This document shows positions 48,063 through 63,512 of a stretch of 64,000 bases of DNA, one piece after another; within the stretch, counting starts at the first letter, position 1; each line of letters opens with the position of its first letter. Below the pieces are notes generated by a model. That model ran no database searches. It saw only the letters and a program-made list of their open reading frames with translations, and was not told where the DNA came from. This DNA comes from Octopus sinensis (taxonomy: Eukaryota), in contig NC_042997.1 of NCBI RefSeq assembly GCF_006345805.1, forward strand, positions 204,352,001 to 204,416,000, written 5' to 3'. The position numbers and the translations under genes were made by a program.

Positions 48063-48544
48063 AAGGGAAGCCTACTGTGGAAGGAAATGGGAGTAATGTT
48101 AGTGGGGGTGGGGTGGATGGTGTAGGAGGTGGTGTAGTGTGGTGGTGTCAAGATGTGGGTGGAAGGGTTGTTCAGTGGAATTGTTAGGGCCATGCAGGAA
48201 GGGTAGGAAATTTGAGAAAAAGGGTGGACAAAGGAGAGGAGGTAAGGGACAATAGGGGTGTATAGATGGTAACCTGGTTGCATGTGGCTAATGGAATGAG
48301 GAGAGACAGGAAATGAGCTGGCAGGTGTAGGAGAAAATTGTGTTTAAAGAATTGGTGAAGAGTGAGGAATTGGAATTACGAGGAGTGGCCAGAAATGGAG
48401 AGAATGATGAGAGGCGAGCGGGGGTGGGGTGGGTGGGGATAAAGAGTTGAAAATAGAAAAAGTGAACAGGTGCACTTTCTACAGAACTGAAAGTACATCC
48501 ACACACACTTATACATATTTCTTTCTCCCTGCATGTATATATAA

Positions 48545-49272
48545 GGTGTGGCTGTGTGGTAAGAAATTTGCTTCTCAACCACATAGTTCCAGGTTCTGTC
48601 CCATTGCATGGCACCTTGGGCAAGTGTCTTCTATACCTCAGGTTAACCAAAACCTTGTGAGTGGATTTGGTAGATGGAAACTGAAAGAAACCTGCTGTGT
48701 ATATATATATATATCTATATATATATATATATATTATATATATAATATATATATATATCGTTACTATTATGCAAAAGTGCTGTAAGTCCAAAACATTGCT
48801 TTTTCAGAAAATGAAAAAGTAGTTTCACCATTCCATAGCAAAACTGTTGTACTACACTTTAGCAATTTTTGATATCTTGGCATCTGAAGCATCTGGAGAT
48901 ACAATAGTTTGACCAAAACAATTGGCTATTGCAAGCAAAAATAAATATATAAAAAAAAAATGCATTTGGTCAAATTTGGACATACAACAGTTTGACCTAA
49001 TAGCAATATGTGTGTGTGTGTGTGTGGTGTGTGTGTGTGTATGCATGTCTTTGTGTCTGTGTTTGTCCCCCACCATAGCTTGATAACCAGTGTTGGTGTG
49101 TTTACATCCTTGCAACTTAGCGGTTCAACAAAAGAGACTGATAGAATAAGTACCAGGCTTAAAAACAAATAAGTCCTGGGGTTGATTCCTTCAACTAAAA
49201 ATTCGTCAAGGCAGTGCTCCAGCATGGCCGCAGTCTAATGACTGAAACAAATAAAAGATACAAGATAAAAGA
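48545..49272 (+). mobile_element. SINE family A split by a ~260-bp insert in its microsatellite
   Basis: Head 48545-48697, tail ~49040-49272. Confidence 0.7.
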
Positions 49273-49602
49273 TATATATATATATAACTTAAACAAAATG
49301 ATCCAAGGGAAGTAACTGAAAGTGCCCAGTGGCATGTTTTTCACCAATACAAATACAGGTGTATCAGATACTGTAAAACATAAATTCCTCATTTATTACA
49401 GCTATCTCTGCCTCCGGAAGATGTATTGTAATTACTAAATGACAATTAAGACCAGCTTCACTTGAGAACGGAAGATAATCTCAGGATTATAGAAATTCTC
49501 TCCAAAGTTGACGCACCATTCCTTTAAGCCACTTCTTCTTAGCTTCTTTCATTTTCTCATTAATGGTTTTAGTGAAAAGACCAAACTCTAGCCCTTATTT
49601 AA

Positions 49603-49807
49603 CCCTTTCGTTACTGTATTTATTTTGAGATACTCTGTGCTTCTTTCGGTTCATTTTAAATATAACAAAGAATTTAGTAAAATAACTTATCATTAAGCTA
49701 GTATTTGTGAGTAAGGTTTGGTGGAAGATTTTAACTGAGAACTTTTGAAAACACGACATTTGTACTCAGAGCCAGAAGTGGTTTCAGCCGGGTTGGTAAC
49801 GAAAAGG
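49603..49807. mobile_element. piggyBac-like MITE
   Basis: TTAA on both sides; TIR ccctttcgttac / gtaacgaaaagg. Confidence 0.75.
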
Positions 49808-50629
49808 TTAAAGAAAGAGAAAGAGGGAGGGTGCATATATAAATAAGACTGAAGGTGAGAGAGGGGGAAGAGAAGTGAGGAGAAAGAGAGAGTGAGGGAG
49901 AGAAAGAGAGGGAGATAGAAAGAGAGAGAGAGAGAGATTTTTCCCCTCTCACCGAAGCAGGACAAATGTCCAAAACATTAAGTTTCTCTTCTTCCTCATG
50001 TCATAAAACATTTTCTTCCATCTTAACAATTCGTATTATTTGTAGAACATTATAACTTGATTGTAATACAAACTAATGTTGTTGGCATTGTCGTTTAACC
50101 CTAGGCAAGCTTTGATCAAGCAGACCTATTATCTTGGCTGGTGGACTTAATCCTTTGCCCTGTCTCTCAGGTATCTTTAGAACAACAGAACAGTATTCTT
50201 TGCTGCCACGACACAGCCCCAAAGATAACATACTGCTTTCAACCTCTGAAAAGGGCCATGGGTGCTTCCTTCCTCTAAACCCTAAACTCATCCCATCTTT
50301 TATCAGACAATAAATGTAGGATTACATTATTCAACGTGTCATTCTATTGTTTAGGATGTTAGGGTGTGACTTGTGGGAGCTGTGGTTGCTACCACAAGTA
50401 AATTGAAAATCTTCATTTACTCAAGGGACATAATATAAAATCTAAAGGGGCAGGATTACCAAATTCTATTCATTTGTGTTTTTATTGATTTAACAAATGG
50501 GTTTTGATCATTCGAGAATTTAATCTTTGCTGATCACATATTAAAGACAACAACAACTGCATGTACAATGATGATGATGATGATGGTGGTAGTAGTGGTG
50601 GTAAATGATGATGATAATGATGACAATTG

Positions 50630-50666
<37 letters not shown>

Positions 50667-50765
50667 ATAGTGATATTGGCAGTGGAAACCTATAAAATCT
50701 TATGATACAAGAATGTCTCCATAATGTAAAGCAATATTAAATAAATCACATACAGACAATGAGGC

Positions 50766-51025
50766 TGGTAGAACTGGTAGAACAGTGAACAAATTGGTAG
50801 AGGTTTGGTAGAGCAATGAACAAATTGGTAGCGGGTTGGTTGAGCAGTGAACAAATTGGTAGTGGGTTGGTAGAGCAGTGAACACAATGGGGTTGGTAGA
50901 ATTGGTAGTGAACAAAATGCTGGTGTGCAGTTTGAATTGGTAGAGCAGCGAACACAATGGTAGTGGGTTGGTAAAGCAGTGAACAAAATGATGATGGATT
51001 GGTAGAACTTATAAGAGCAGTGAAT
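50766..51025. repeat. ~31-bp minisatellite
   Basis: Unit approximately ggtagagcagtgaacaaattggtagtgggtt. Confidence 0.85.
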
Positions 51026-51115
51026 GAAACAGATTCCTTTAGGTTCTGAGTTTGAATCCTGCTGAAGTTAAATTTCCCTTCCCAGGGTTGATGAAATAAA
51101 GTACCAATTAAATAG

Positions 51116-51591
51116 TGGTTTCAAATTTTGGCACAAGGCCAGCAATTTTAGTGGAGGAATAAGTCAATTACATCGACTCCAGTGTTCCACTGGTATCTAT
51201 TTTATAGATCCTGAAAGGATGGAAAGCAAAGTCGACCCTAGCAGCATTTGAACTCAGAACACAAAGATAGAAGAAATATTGCGAAGCATTTTTTCTGGTG
51301 CTGTAATGATTCTGTTAGCTTGCCATCCAATTAAACATTGGAGTCAATAATATTTCATTATATCTATTTAGCCCACAAGGGGCTAAACACAGAGAGGATA
51401 AACAAGGACAGGCAAATGGATTAAGTCGATTATATCGACCCCAGTGCATAACTGGTACTTATTTAATCGACCCCGAAAGGATGAAAGGCAAAGTCGACCT
51501 TGGCGGAATTTGAACTCAGAACGTAACAGCAGATGAAATACCGCTAAGCATTTCGCCTGGCGTGCTAACGATTCTGCCAGTTTGCTGCCTT
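51116..51591 (-). mobile_element. Two SINE family B copies (51116-51328, 51363-51591)
   Basis: Reverse consensus; TSD tatttcattata around the second. Confidence 0.85.
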
Positions 51592-54500
51592 TTATTTCAT
51601 TATACCCGTCCACTGAAACATACTATTGTATCAGACACGCTTGAAACAAGAGAAGACCAAAACAACACTGTGTACATTGTTTATAACATGTTCATATATA
51701 ACAAAGCTTGCTGTAGGATTTAGCCTTGGAGAACAACTTCTCTTTAAAGACTTTGCATATCCTGAATTAACTTCTACGTACATCAGCAAGTGCCCTATTT
51801 AATGATTTCTATATAGAAACAGAAATTTCTACCTAGCTCCAAATGACTGAGCTGGTGCCTGTTGCTGAGGAGGGAAAATTATAGCAAGGGCTGACAGTTC
51901 ACTGATGTCATCTGGAGCATGTGATACTTTGAACACATAAAGTCTCTAAGAAGTTGTTCTCTGAGACTAGATTCAACATCGAAAGCTGTTCCATGTATAA
52001 GTGTGGCTATAAATGTGTTACAGATGATGTAGAGATCGTCATACAGTATTATATTACAAAAAGAAGGTTCTTTCTTAAAATAGTTATTTCTAGATATGTG
52101 TGTCTGAGAATTTTTATGAGTGTTACCTTTCCCACATGCTCTTTTATTATCACACACATAGTGGTACGTTTGTTACATACTTGCATTTTTAATGTTTGTC
52201 ATGAATATGTGTGATATCTAAAAGGTTTGCCAGTCTCCCAACTGTATGCCCCATCCACAAACTCCACAAGTCACACTCTTAATATTTGTCAAAAGCCAAA
52301 CATGTTTACTAGACCATGCCAAACATATGCCACACCCAAATGTTTACCAGGCATCCTAGCAATGCCACACCCCAAATATTTGCCAAACCCCTTCACACAT
52401 GCACCATACCCTAAATATTTACCAGACTATACAAACACTTACTAAATGACCCAAGTCTATACTAATGTTAATAATATCTATAGAAAATTCACACATATGC
52501 GACATTCAAATGTTGCTGGGTACCTAGGTAATGCCAAGGAACCTACACATATACCCATCCGAAATATTTATCAGATCACCCAAATATGCTATATTTTAGA
52601 TTTTTGACAGAATCCACCTGTTTTCAAAGCAAGATGTTTATAAATTATAAAGAAAAAAATATATATTAAGGTTTATTTTGAATTTATTTTGCCAAAATTT
52701 CATCTCCACATTATCAGATAATTAAACTTTAAAGTTCTTTATTATAAATATTTCAATAATGACAATAAATTAATTATTCAGATAATCAAATACTAAAATA
52801 TTTCATTAATTTTTGATTAAAAAAAACATATAAAAGGCAAAACAGAACATTGATGATGACAGGCCAATGAAAATACATTCTGTAATAAATAGTGGTACTA
52901 CTGTTTGTCTTTGCTTGAAAGGGCCTTAGAAAAACAGCATTTTGTTCATTTGCCTGTGACATTAAGAGGCAAGCCAATACCAAATGACCTCCCCGCTTCA
53001 TTGGAGAGGACAATTAGTAGTTTTATTTATTTATTTTTTTCTTCCTGAAACATTGATTCTTTCAGGGTAAGATTGTTGTGTGGTGTTTAGCAGGTTATTC
53101 TAGACCCATTTACAAGAAAATTAAAAAAAAACCCTAAAACTTCTTCATATTAAGGAGTATGTTTCACTATCTCTTTAATATTTTGAGACAGAGGGTTAGC
53201 CAGATGTGCCAACGTTTGAGATAGCAATTTTATGACTGCTGCTATAAGGTCACTAAATATTTACTTTAGCAGAAAGGGTCAGCCATAATGTGAATCTGCT
53301 CAAAGAACTGGCTTTGTAATTAATCACAGGTCTTAAATATTTCTTTATTGAACATGTACAGAAACCATTCAGATATTTCCAATAGCTGCTGCAATATATT
53401 CATCAAGAACTTCAAGCACCAAGTTCATGGAATCCAGCTGAATTAAGAAATAGTGATTCTTTAATTTCTGAATTTCTGCACATTAAATAAGGAAATATGT
53501 TAAATCCAGTTTGTAAATAGGCATAGAATTGAATATATTAACAATCTTATCTAAAAATCTAGTTGATCGATCATATCAAAGTTAATCGAACAAATAAACA
53601 AATTAAGAAAAACAAAAACATTAATATTTACATTGTAATTTAAATCTAAATAAGAGGAATATTGCTGAGAAAATAATTATTTAAAAATTGTGTCACCTGG
53701 ACACACAGGTAAAATCATTTTGGATTGGATTTGAAGAATGTTCAGAATTCAGCAAGTAAAAAAGTTTGTTGACATTTGGACATTATGAGACAAAACAAGA
53801 ATTTTATTGAGTCATTCCAGCGAAAAATATTGAAAGATCAATAACATGCCCCTACACTTAGGCAGTTGTAAATTAGCATTCAAGACACCATCTTTAGAGA
53901 AACATGAAATTTGTCAAAGAAATGTTGATGTGTCTTAAAGTTTTCATAAAGCTTTCAAATAATGCCCAAATATGTTATCCAGATGAGTTAGCCTGATGGT
54001 TTCTTTCTTTGGTTTTCAAAGCAGTTTCGTTTATTTGTACATGAAACATAGATGTTCCTATCAGAAAGACTAATGTGCACAGGGAGGCTGGAGGTTATTA
54101 CAAATGTGTGGTGGGGGAACATGTAATTTAAGTAAACTTTTATAATAATTTGTTAAAGGCCCCTGACTAATGAAAGAGGGGAAACATAGATGTGCCAAAA
54201 TCTCACACAGAACAGATCCGTTTTTGGTTTTTCTTGTTTTTAATGATAGGAGGGCAAAAGATGAAAGCATGATTTGTTTTTTAATTAGAGAAAAACCAAG
54301 GATCAAAAAAAAAACTAATGTTTTTCCCATTTTTTTTTGATTGTTGTAATCAGTTTATTATTATTATTATTGTGGCCGAGAAAAATAAAATGAAATCAAG
54401 AGAACAAAAGGCACACACAAAACAACATTATTAAAAGGTGAGAAAGAAAAAGACAAAAAAGGTTTTCGAAATTAAACAGACGGGGTCATTGAGAAATAAT

Positions 54501-56867
54501 ATTGGCTGAGAGAAAGCTGAATCAGCTAAGTAGAAGTCTGTGAAGAGACAGAGGAAAATGGTGTTTGAAGCAAGTTGAAAGATAGAATTCTTCAATAGAA
54601 GAAATTCAGATTAAAAAAATTATTTCCCGTCTATTAATCATTTGAAGATATGTTAAAGAGTTCTTCATTCTAAGATATATTTTGGCAGAATAAATGTTTT
54701 TTGTTTAATTTTTGTCAGCAGAGATCTGAGACAGTTACATTTTACTTATTTCTGGATGCTTTTAGAAGCAATTTTCTAAATGAAATTATTTCTTATCCAA
54801 AATTGGGCAGCTTGAAAATAATTTTAAAGTTTGTTTCTTTTTGATGACAATCTTCTAAGAGTGGATCTCATTGAATTAAAAAAAAAATGGGAGAAAAAGA
54901 AGGAGACAAGAATTTCAAGAAATTTCAGAGTTCTGTACAGATTGATCATTTCAGCAAGAACTCCAAAAATGGAAGGAGCAAATGTTGTAAAGTTAACTTC
55001 AGAAATATTTATCAGTAGATGAAATCCCAAGAGCTTGCATTGGTAAAGATTGGTGCCAGTCTTGGAATGTCAAACAGCCTAGAGAAGAGGATAAAAGTGA
55101 AACAAATTTTCACCTGTTCCTTTCTCTCTAATAGCAGTTTACTGTGGAAATTCCTCAGTGGCCAAATGTTGAGAAATAAATAGCACTAGATGGAGGTCTA
55201 AGAAATTGTTGAGTTCATATCGCCTACCACATATCTGGATCATAAGGGTCTTTTCTCTGATAATTGGCAAACGTTGGATATTGTTCTGTTGGCGTGACCT
55301 TGAGGTGGAAAAACAAGAATATTTATCATAACATCAGCTTTAATTAGATGAATTTGATAGAATTAAATCGACAAGAATAGTTAAGAAAAAGAAGTGAAAA
55401 TACAATGATGATGATGAGAATAATATGGAGGAGGTAGATGATGATAATTATAATAATAATAACAATGATAATAATTATTATTATAATAATATTAATAATA
55501 ATAATAATAATAATAATAATGATAATAATAACTTTGTTTTTAGATACAGTTTGTTTCATTCTTAAAATAAACATTTTGATTAATTTTGCAAAACAAAAGA
55601 CAATTACAACAGTGTGAAGGTGAGAAATGGATGTAATTTGTGGTCGAGCAGAAAGAAAAAATATTTACTGAGTTAAATTTAACATGAGAGAAATGAAAAA
55701 CAGCAAAGATTAAAAACAAATAAAAAAACCCATAATAGATTAAGCGAAAAACCATAAAGCAAACCAAAATAAAATGTTAGATTGTTTCTCAAAAAAAAAA
55801 AAAAAAGAATTCTACTTCTGTGACTTATAAATTTGTTTTCAATGAAAATTATTAGTTTGTTGTATGGAACGATGCAGATCATCTCAGTGCTAAACACTCA
55901 TGTATTTATCTGTCAGAATACATTGAATCATATTCTAGTTTATATGTGCTAGATGTTTACCAGATGTCCACCAGATGCTGCCATGAGACAGATGTCTGCA
56001 GAGGATAACTAGAGAGATAAATAAATGTGCTGCTTTGTTTTTGGTCATAATCTTAGCACAAACAATCTCCTCCTCCTCTTCATCTTTTCCTTCCCCTCCT
56101 CATCAGCAGCAGCCTTTACTTATTAATCAAAGCCAGCATTACAGTTGTCAGTGTCATCATCATCTAATTGTCATTGTCATTATAGCACTCATTGTTGTCA
56201 TTACCCTCATCATAATCCTCTTTCTTTTCATGTTCATCCTCATCATCTTCTGTTGGAGTACATGTCTCTCAACTTAGCTGTATTTGTACTTAGATGTAAT
56301 CAATCCAGTCCTTTTGGACACCCTTTCTTTAGACAGACTCTGAATGAAAATTCCCTATTATAAAGACAATATAACCCTCCTGCCTCATCATCGCCATCCC
56401 CTCTATCATCTCGAATTGCTTTAATAAAGTTATTCTTTGTCTGGAGATTAAATAAAAGCTGAAATACAATGCCAAAGACATCAGTTGTGATTGAAGACAA
56501 AACAGTAACTGTGGAAGTGATTCAAACACGTGTATATAGAACTGTAGCAAATACTGGCTGTGGGGAAACAAAGCATTGATCACATGTTAATATCCCAGCA
56601 TGCAATGTGGGAATAGTGAAAGTGAATAAGTATAAAAAAAAAACCCAATGAATACATGCCCACATGTGTATAATATTGTAAAGTAGAATGTCTTCATGTT
56701 GCTTGAAGAGAGAAAATGATTAATTGAAATAATCAACAGAAAAAGGCTTTACGCAGGATATCTCTGCCATATTGACAACATCAGTAAAGATATTACATTG
56801 GAGTTATTTCTTTAAATATATCATTAGCTTATTTATATATGTGTATATATATATATATACATATATA

Positions 56868-56929
<62 letters not shown>

Positions 56930-57034
56930 CAGGGAGAAAGACAGAGAGTTGTCCATGAGTCAGAAGGAAAGGAGCCTTTATATGTTGAATAATAGAGTGG
57001 AGCATATAAATAATTGATTAGTTAATTACAGTAC

Positions 57035-57554
<520 letters not shown>

Positions 57555-58228
57555 ATACATACATATATATATACATATACATAAATATATACATGTACAT
57601 ACATATGTATACACACATACATACATACAAACACATCTATCTATCTACCTATCTGTCAGTGGATAGAAGAATTTCGTAATGTGACAAATAAAAAAGTCTT
57701 GGGTGATGCAATATTTAGTTATGATGATTTACGTTCTGAGATCAAATCATGCTTGAATCAAATTTTCTTGTGTTATAAGACTCTTAATTACTTAATTATT
57801 ATAGTCAATTTAATATATTGATCTCACCTCACCTTCACCAAAATATAAACTAATTTTGGAATCATTAGCATTTTATTAATTGTTATATCATTTAATACAC
57901 TTAATAAATGCAGTTACCAACATAGAATGCCAGCAATATTGAATGGATGATGTGGTACACAGCTGATTAATTTGAAACTAATATTTCTTGAGTAATTTTC
58001 TTCTATTCACCATGGGAGGATGAGAGGCAAAACTGACCTTTGTAGGATCTGAATTCAGCATTTATACACCACATGACAGTTTAGCCTTCTGCTATCAAAT
58101 ATATATATATATATATATATTTAAAAAATAGGATAAAATCTTAATAAGAAATTATCAGGTAGTTAGTGTGAAAAACCTCATAAGAGAAAAAATCTGTAAA
58201 TTTTTTCACTTGAAAATATTTATTTATA

Positions 58229-58294
58229 TTATATAGAGGGCATTATTACACATAAATGCCACATGCTGTGGCATTTATGTGTAATGATGCCCTC

Positions 58295-58301
<7 letters not shown>
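58229..58301. repeat. Near-perfect 35-bp-stem hairpin
   Basis: ttatatagagggcattattacacataaatgccaca-tgc-tgtggcatttatgtgtaatgatgccctctatataa; one G:U. Confidence 0.9.
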
Positions 58302-58357
<56 letters not shown>

Positions 58358-58492
58358 GTAAATCATAAATCCGAAAAAGAAACAGACTAAGTTATAGAGC
58401 AGTATAGTATAAAGATAGATTAAGTCTATGGGATTACCCTGTGTTTCACATCCATGACCTCTTGCTACAGAGGCCATGTGCCAACAGATTTG

Positions 58493-58553
58493 GGGATCTG
58501 ATGATATGCTGTAAAACTAAGCACTTTATGGAAATGAAACCCAGGGTAATCTC
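58493..58553 (+). ncRNA. Type-I hammerhead motif within fold-back element ~58408-58580
   Basis: GGGAT-CTGATGA (58498-504)-degenerate stem II-GAAAC (58536-40)-CCAGG-GTA-ATCTC; stems I and III intact. Confidence 0.65.
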
Positions 58554-61184
58554 ATAGACCAGCCTTACCTATCTTTATATATATATATATGTGTGTGTGT
58601 GTTCAAAATGCCTGAGAAAATGGTCTGTAATTCATGTAATGTAATACAATACTGAACAAATAAATAGCCATGTTATGGAAATGAGCATATCATAATTTGA
58701 ATATTTCTACTATTTATAATCTTTTATTTCGAATATATATTCGAAAAGTAAATTATTTTATATTTAGCATGAGGGGAAAATGAGGGAAGGAGAGATATCC
58801 CTTATAATGCCTGAGAAATTAAAATTTGTGAAATCAGGTTTATGTGTACCCAACATATTGTACATATATTTAAATTTATATCTAAATGTACATACATGTT
58901 TTATATACATACATATATAGACACATTATATATATATTAGTACACATACACACATACATGTTTATATATATATATATTCTATTATAAATGTGTGTGTGTG
59001 TATATATATGTGTATTCGAATACTTGTGTACTTATTCATATACACTTATATACATAAATTTACTTATTTATGAATGCTTGTATACATATCTATATATGTG
59101 CATACAATGATTTAACTTCCCATGATACATACATATGTATGTATGTATGACAGCCACTCATACACAAATAAATATAAATGATATGAGTAAATAGATCAAC
59201 AAGTAATTTTAAACTGAATAACACAGGTTTCATAGTATTTTAAATACAATGTTTATACTAAAATCAATTGAATAGTGTAAGTGCCAACTAAGTACATCAT
59301 TAAAACACACACACACACAGATAGCTTCTTCACAGTTTCTCTCTATTAAATCCCATTTACGAGGTAATGGGTAAACCCGAGGCTATTGTAGAAGACATTC
59401 GCTTAACATATGGTGTTGTGGGACTGAATGTAGTAGAGAGCTTCCTAACCACAACGGCATACCTTTCCCTATGATATTTATAGTGATATTTATTCTACAT
59501 AATATTGTTCATGCCCATTCTGTTAAGTTTACAATAGTATTAAGTTACATAATTGTCTGGTTAGCATCTAAAAGCATGTTTCTCTGTTTAAAATATATTC
59601 TGATGCTTCAAACAATGTTTTGTAGAAAATCTTAGATTTGTCAAGCAAGCCATTTGATAAATCCCATAACTTGTAACATAAGGATTGGATTCTAGCTTTT
59701 CATTTCTCTTCAGAATTTTGTGCAGCTAATCTGCACAAGAACTGCCAATGGCAGCATTGAATATGCTAATAAGTAAACAGCAAAAGACATCTGCTAGTAG
59801 AAATTTGGCCAAAATGAAATAACAATATTCATTGTTATATGTGTTATTCAGTTACCATTAGTTTGTTGAAGTCTCTACTCTAATTTAATACAATTCCATT
59901 TTCTTCTTCAGCTTTCCCAGAAATTAGCTACTTCCTTGTTGCTACAGAGTCAAATAAAGACATTTAATAACATTAAAACGGTCATACTATTGTGAAATGA
60001 ATATAAGTATAATGAATTGTTTTCTGTGAAAATATTCTGAGGTGGAAAAGCAGAAAATTAGTTGTACATTCACAAGAATTTTTACATCACCAAAGATTCT
60101 CATTTCTTTAATATTTTCCAAAGATAAAATGTTTCAACTATAGAGGTATTTTTGATTAAAGGATTTCATTAAAAAATGATTATAAAAACAAAAAAATCTT
60201 TCATATTAAATTCAACTGCTTATTACAGATCATATATCTGTGGTTTCAAAACAGATTTTCCATCCATGATTTTGAACTATGCTCAGCCATTGGTTGTTGT
60301 CAAGTGGTATTCATGAGGTTTCATCTTGTACGTTAGTATTTAGTATGTCAGTAATCTTTGACTTCGAAGAAATGATATTTCAAAATTCCATAAGAAGATG
60401 CTCTTCTATTTCCAAATCCAGTGTTTTGCAAAACTTAGAAATTTCTTAATTTTTCATTTCTCTTTCTGCTTAATTATCTCTTATTGCAGGGACTGGTGAT
60501 ATTTCTAGAATAAATATGGTTTCTATTTATTTGTAATATTGTTCATGATGTAAAGGTTATTTTGGTTATTCAGTGTAACACTGTAATAATGGCAAAGCTA
60601 TTTCAAACATAAAATAAGAATCAGGTATTTTTTTCATCTGAAAGAAATTTCGTAAATCATACAATTAGCCTCACAATGAAGGAGACTGGGCTTTTGCAAT
60701 AATTCAGAGGCAATCCAAGCAAACTCTTTTTCCAACTATGTTTTTTTTAATTTTTGTTTTTGTGGAATTTTTTCAAATCATGTGTCATGCTAATAGTAAG
60801 TCCTTTACTTTAAGATGAAGACCAGCAAGGAGCAGAATATCATTTCAGGCTGTGGTTTAGCATTGCTGCAGAGATAAACTACAGAAAGGAGTGGAATGTG
60901 ATCCAATTAATTCCAGCACTATTGCAGACTTACAGAGGAACTTAATTCAGTGTGATCTCAAAGGGCTTTTCAAAGCAATGTTTAGAGCATTAAGGCATGC
61001 AATAGAAGCCTTAGAGAATTTCCAGAAAATCATAAAACAAAACAACAAATAAAAATAAACCCCAAACAAAAAAAAATCCAAAACAGAAAATTAATTTTAG
61101 AAGTAAGAGATCATCTGATATATTGTGACTTCAAGAAAACTTCAGTTGTGTGTCATTCAAGAAGACCAACATACCAATTTGTAG

Positions 61185-61555
61185 TAAGTGCACTCCACGA
61201 AGACCAACATAGCAACATATGCTGGAAAGATTAAGAACGCTATTAAGAAGGAATTGAGTGTGTTACGAAAAAGTGCGAAGCTCTTCCAGAACAATGCTTC
61301 TGTACACTCGATGCAAATGGTAACTGCTGCAGCCTTCAGCAAGGAATTTTGTTTCGGTTTTACTCACCACATGTTGCATCTTTTACTTGTAACTGGAGCT
61401 GAAATTGGAACTAGCGGATGGATATTTCTGATATTTGTATGATAACCAATTTATTTTGGAAGCAGTAGAAGGGTTTCTTGCAGACCACTCGTCTGGAACA
61501 GCAATGGCTGAACACCGTGGAATATTAGGAGAAGGTGACTATATAGTAGAAAACA
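61185..61555 (+). mobile_element. Highly degraded mariner transposase remnant
   Basis: KIKNAIKKELSVLRKSAKLFQNNASVH resembles LR.AIK.KRPG.L.KGVLFHQDNAPAH; ends in EGDYI. Confidence 0.55.
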
Positions 61556-62053
61556 AAATAAAATGCCTTTAGTCGAGTTTGAACCCATTACTTTACTGCA
61601 TCAGTTAGAGCTTAGTGAAATGGTCTTATTTGTGAATTTGAGAAATTGAAAGTCATTTTTCCCTCTCCCACTGCCATTGTTTTTTGATAATTCATCTAAA
61701 TTAGAGAAAAAAGTGGTGAGGGAGAATAAAGTTGTTGAAATATTTTAACATTTCGTCACTGAATGTTTTTGGAAAATATTTTTGAATGGAATCTTTTCAA
61801 GAGTTTGTCAGAATAATTGACTGAAGTGTTTGAGTTATTAAAGTCAAAACAATTAATCACAGCACATCAGATATTAGACAAGCACTGAAACAACACAGAT
61901 GGAACAACGAGGGAAAAGCCAAAAGCTTGAAAAAGATATTAGAAATGATAATTTGATTTTTGTGATTCTGCTTTTTGTTGTTCAATATACTTTCTTGTTT
62001 TCTGATGAAACTGTAATTTATATTGACAATGTGTGTGTGCATGCATATATATG

Positions 62054-62146
<93 letters not shown>

Positions 62147-62384
62147 TATATACATATATATATATATATACACATATAAATAGACACATATATATGTATG
62201 TATATGTTGGTTGCAAATTTGATTTTGAGCATAACTATGTTCTCATTGCAGGCATATTCTTGTAACAGGCTTGACAGCATTTCTACCATGGGCACTCAGA
62301 GGACTACACACACACACACACATACAAATATATATGTAATGTGTTTATATATATATATATTTATGTTTATAGGTGTGTGTGTAT

Positions 62385-62757
62385 TCTTTTATTCTTTTAC
62401 TTGTTTCAGTCATTAGACTGCGGCCATGCTGGGGCACCGAAAGCATGGACTATAGTAGTTTAAAATTTTTTTATGCATGGTACTTATTCTATTCATCTCT
62501 TTTGCCAAACTGCTAAGTTGCATTAAACACACCAACACTGGTTGCCAAGTGGTGGTAGTGGTTGTGGGGGGCACACACACACATACACACACATGTATAT
62601 ATATACATGTATATATGATGGGCTTCTTTCAGTTTCCAAATCCACTTACAAGTCTTTGATTGGCCTGAGGCTGCAGTAGAAGACACTTGCCTAAGGTGCC
62701 ACTCAGTGGGACTGAATTTGGAACCACGTGGCTGGGAAGTAAGCTTCTTACCATACA
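62385..62757 (-). mobile_element. SINE family A (diverged)
   Basis: Reverse consensus. Confidence 0.8.
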
Positions 62758-63090
62758 AAAACAATCCATACAACAACTATTCATATATATATATATATAT
62801 ATGAATAGGTAGCTACATTAATATTTATGCAACATATTAAGCAAGTTCTCAATATGATAAAGTAGAGCATAATATAATTTATTTATTGTTGAGATCTTAG
62901 GGCTCACTACTCAGAGTTTACTAGTTTTGTTCACCAAAAAACTGAAATTCTAGATAGTGAATCAGAACAAGATTTCAGTTCCATATGTCTTATATTATTA
63001 TTATTATTTGTATCATGCCTAATGTTATATTTTTGCACTCAAGTCAGAATCAAATTTACAGAATTATGGTTGTTATCTGTAAAAGCATGA

Positions 63091-63512
63091 AGGCGCAGGA
63101 GTGGCTGTGTGGTAAGTAGCTTGCTTACCAGCCACATGGTTCCGGGTTCAGTCCCACTGCGTGGCACCTTGGGCAAAAGTCTTGTACTATAGCCTCGGGC
63201 CGACCAAAGCCTTGTGAGTGGATTTGGTAGACGGAAGCTGAAAGAAGCCCGTCGTATATATGTATATATATGTATGTGCATGTATGTTTGTGTGTCTGTG
63301 TTTGTCCCCCTAGCATTGTTTGACAATCGATGCTGGTGTGTTTATGTCCCCGTTACTTAGCAGTTCGGCAAAAGAGACTGATAGAATAAGTACTGGGCTT
63401 ACAAAGAATAAGTCCCGGAGTCGAGTTGCTCGACTAAAGGCGGTGCTCCAGCATGGCCACAGTCAAATGACTGAAACAAGTAAAAGAGTAAAAGAGTAAA
63501 GAGTAAAAGAGT
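63091..63512 (+). mobile_element. SINE family A, full length, with ~31-bp TSD
   Basis: aattatggttgtt(a/g)tctgt(a/g)aaagcatgaag at 63062-92 and 63513-43. Confidence 0.92.
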
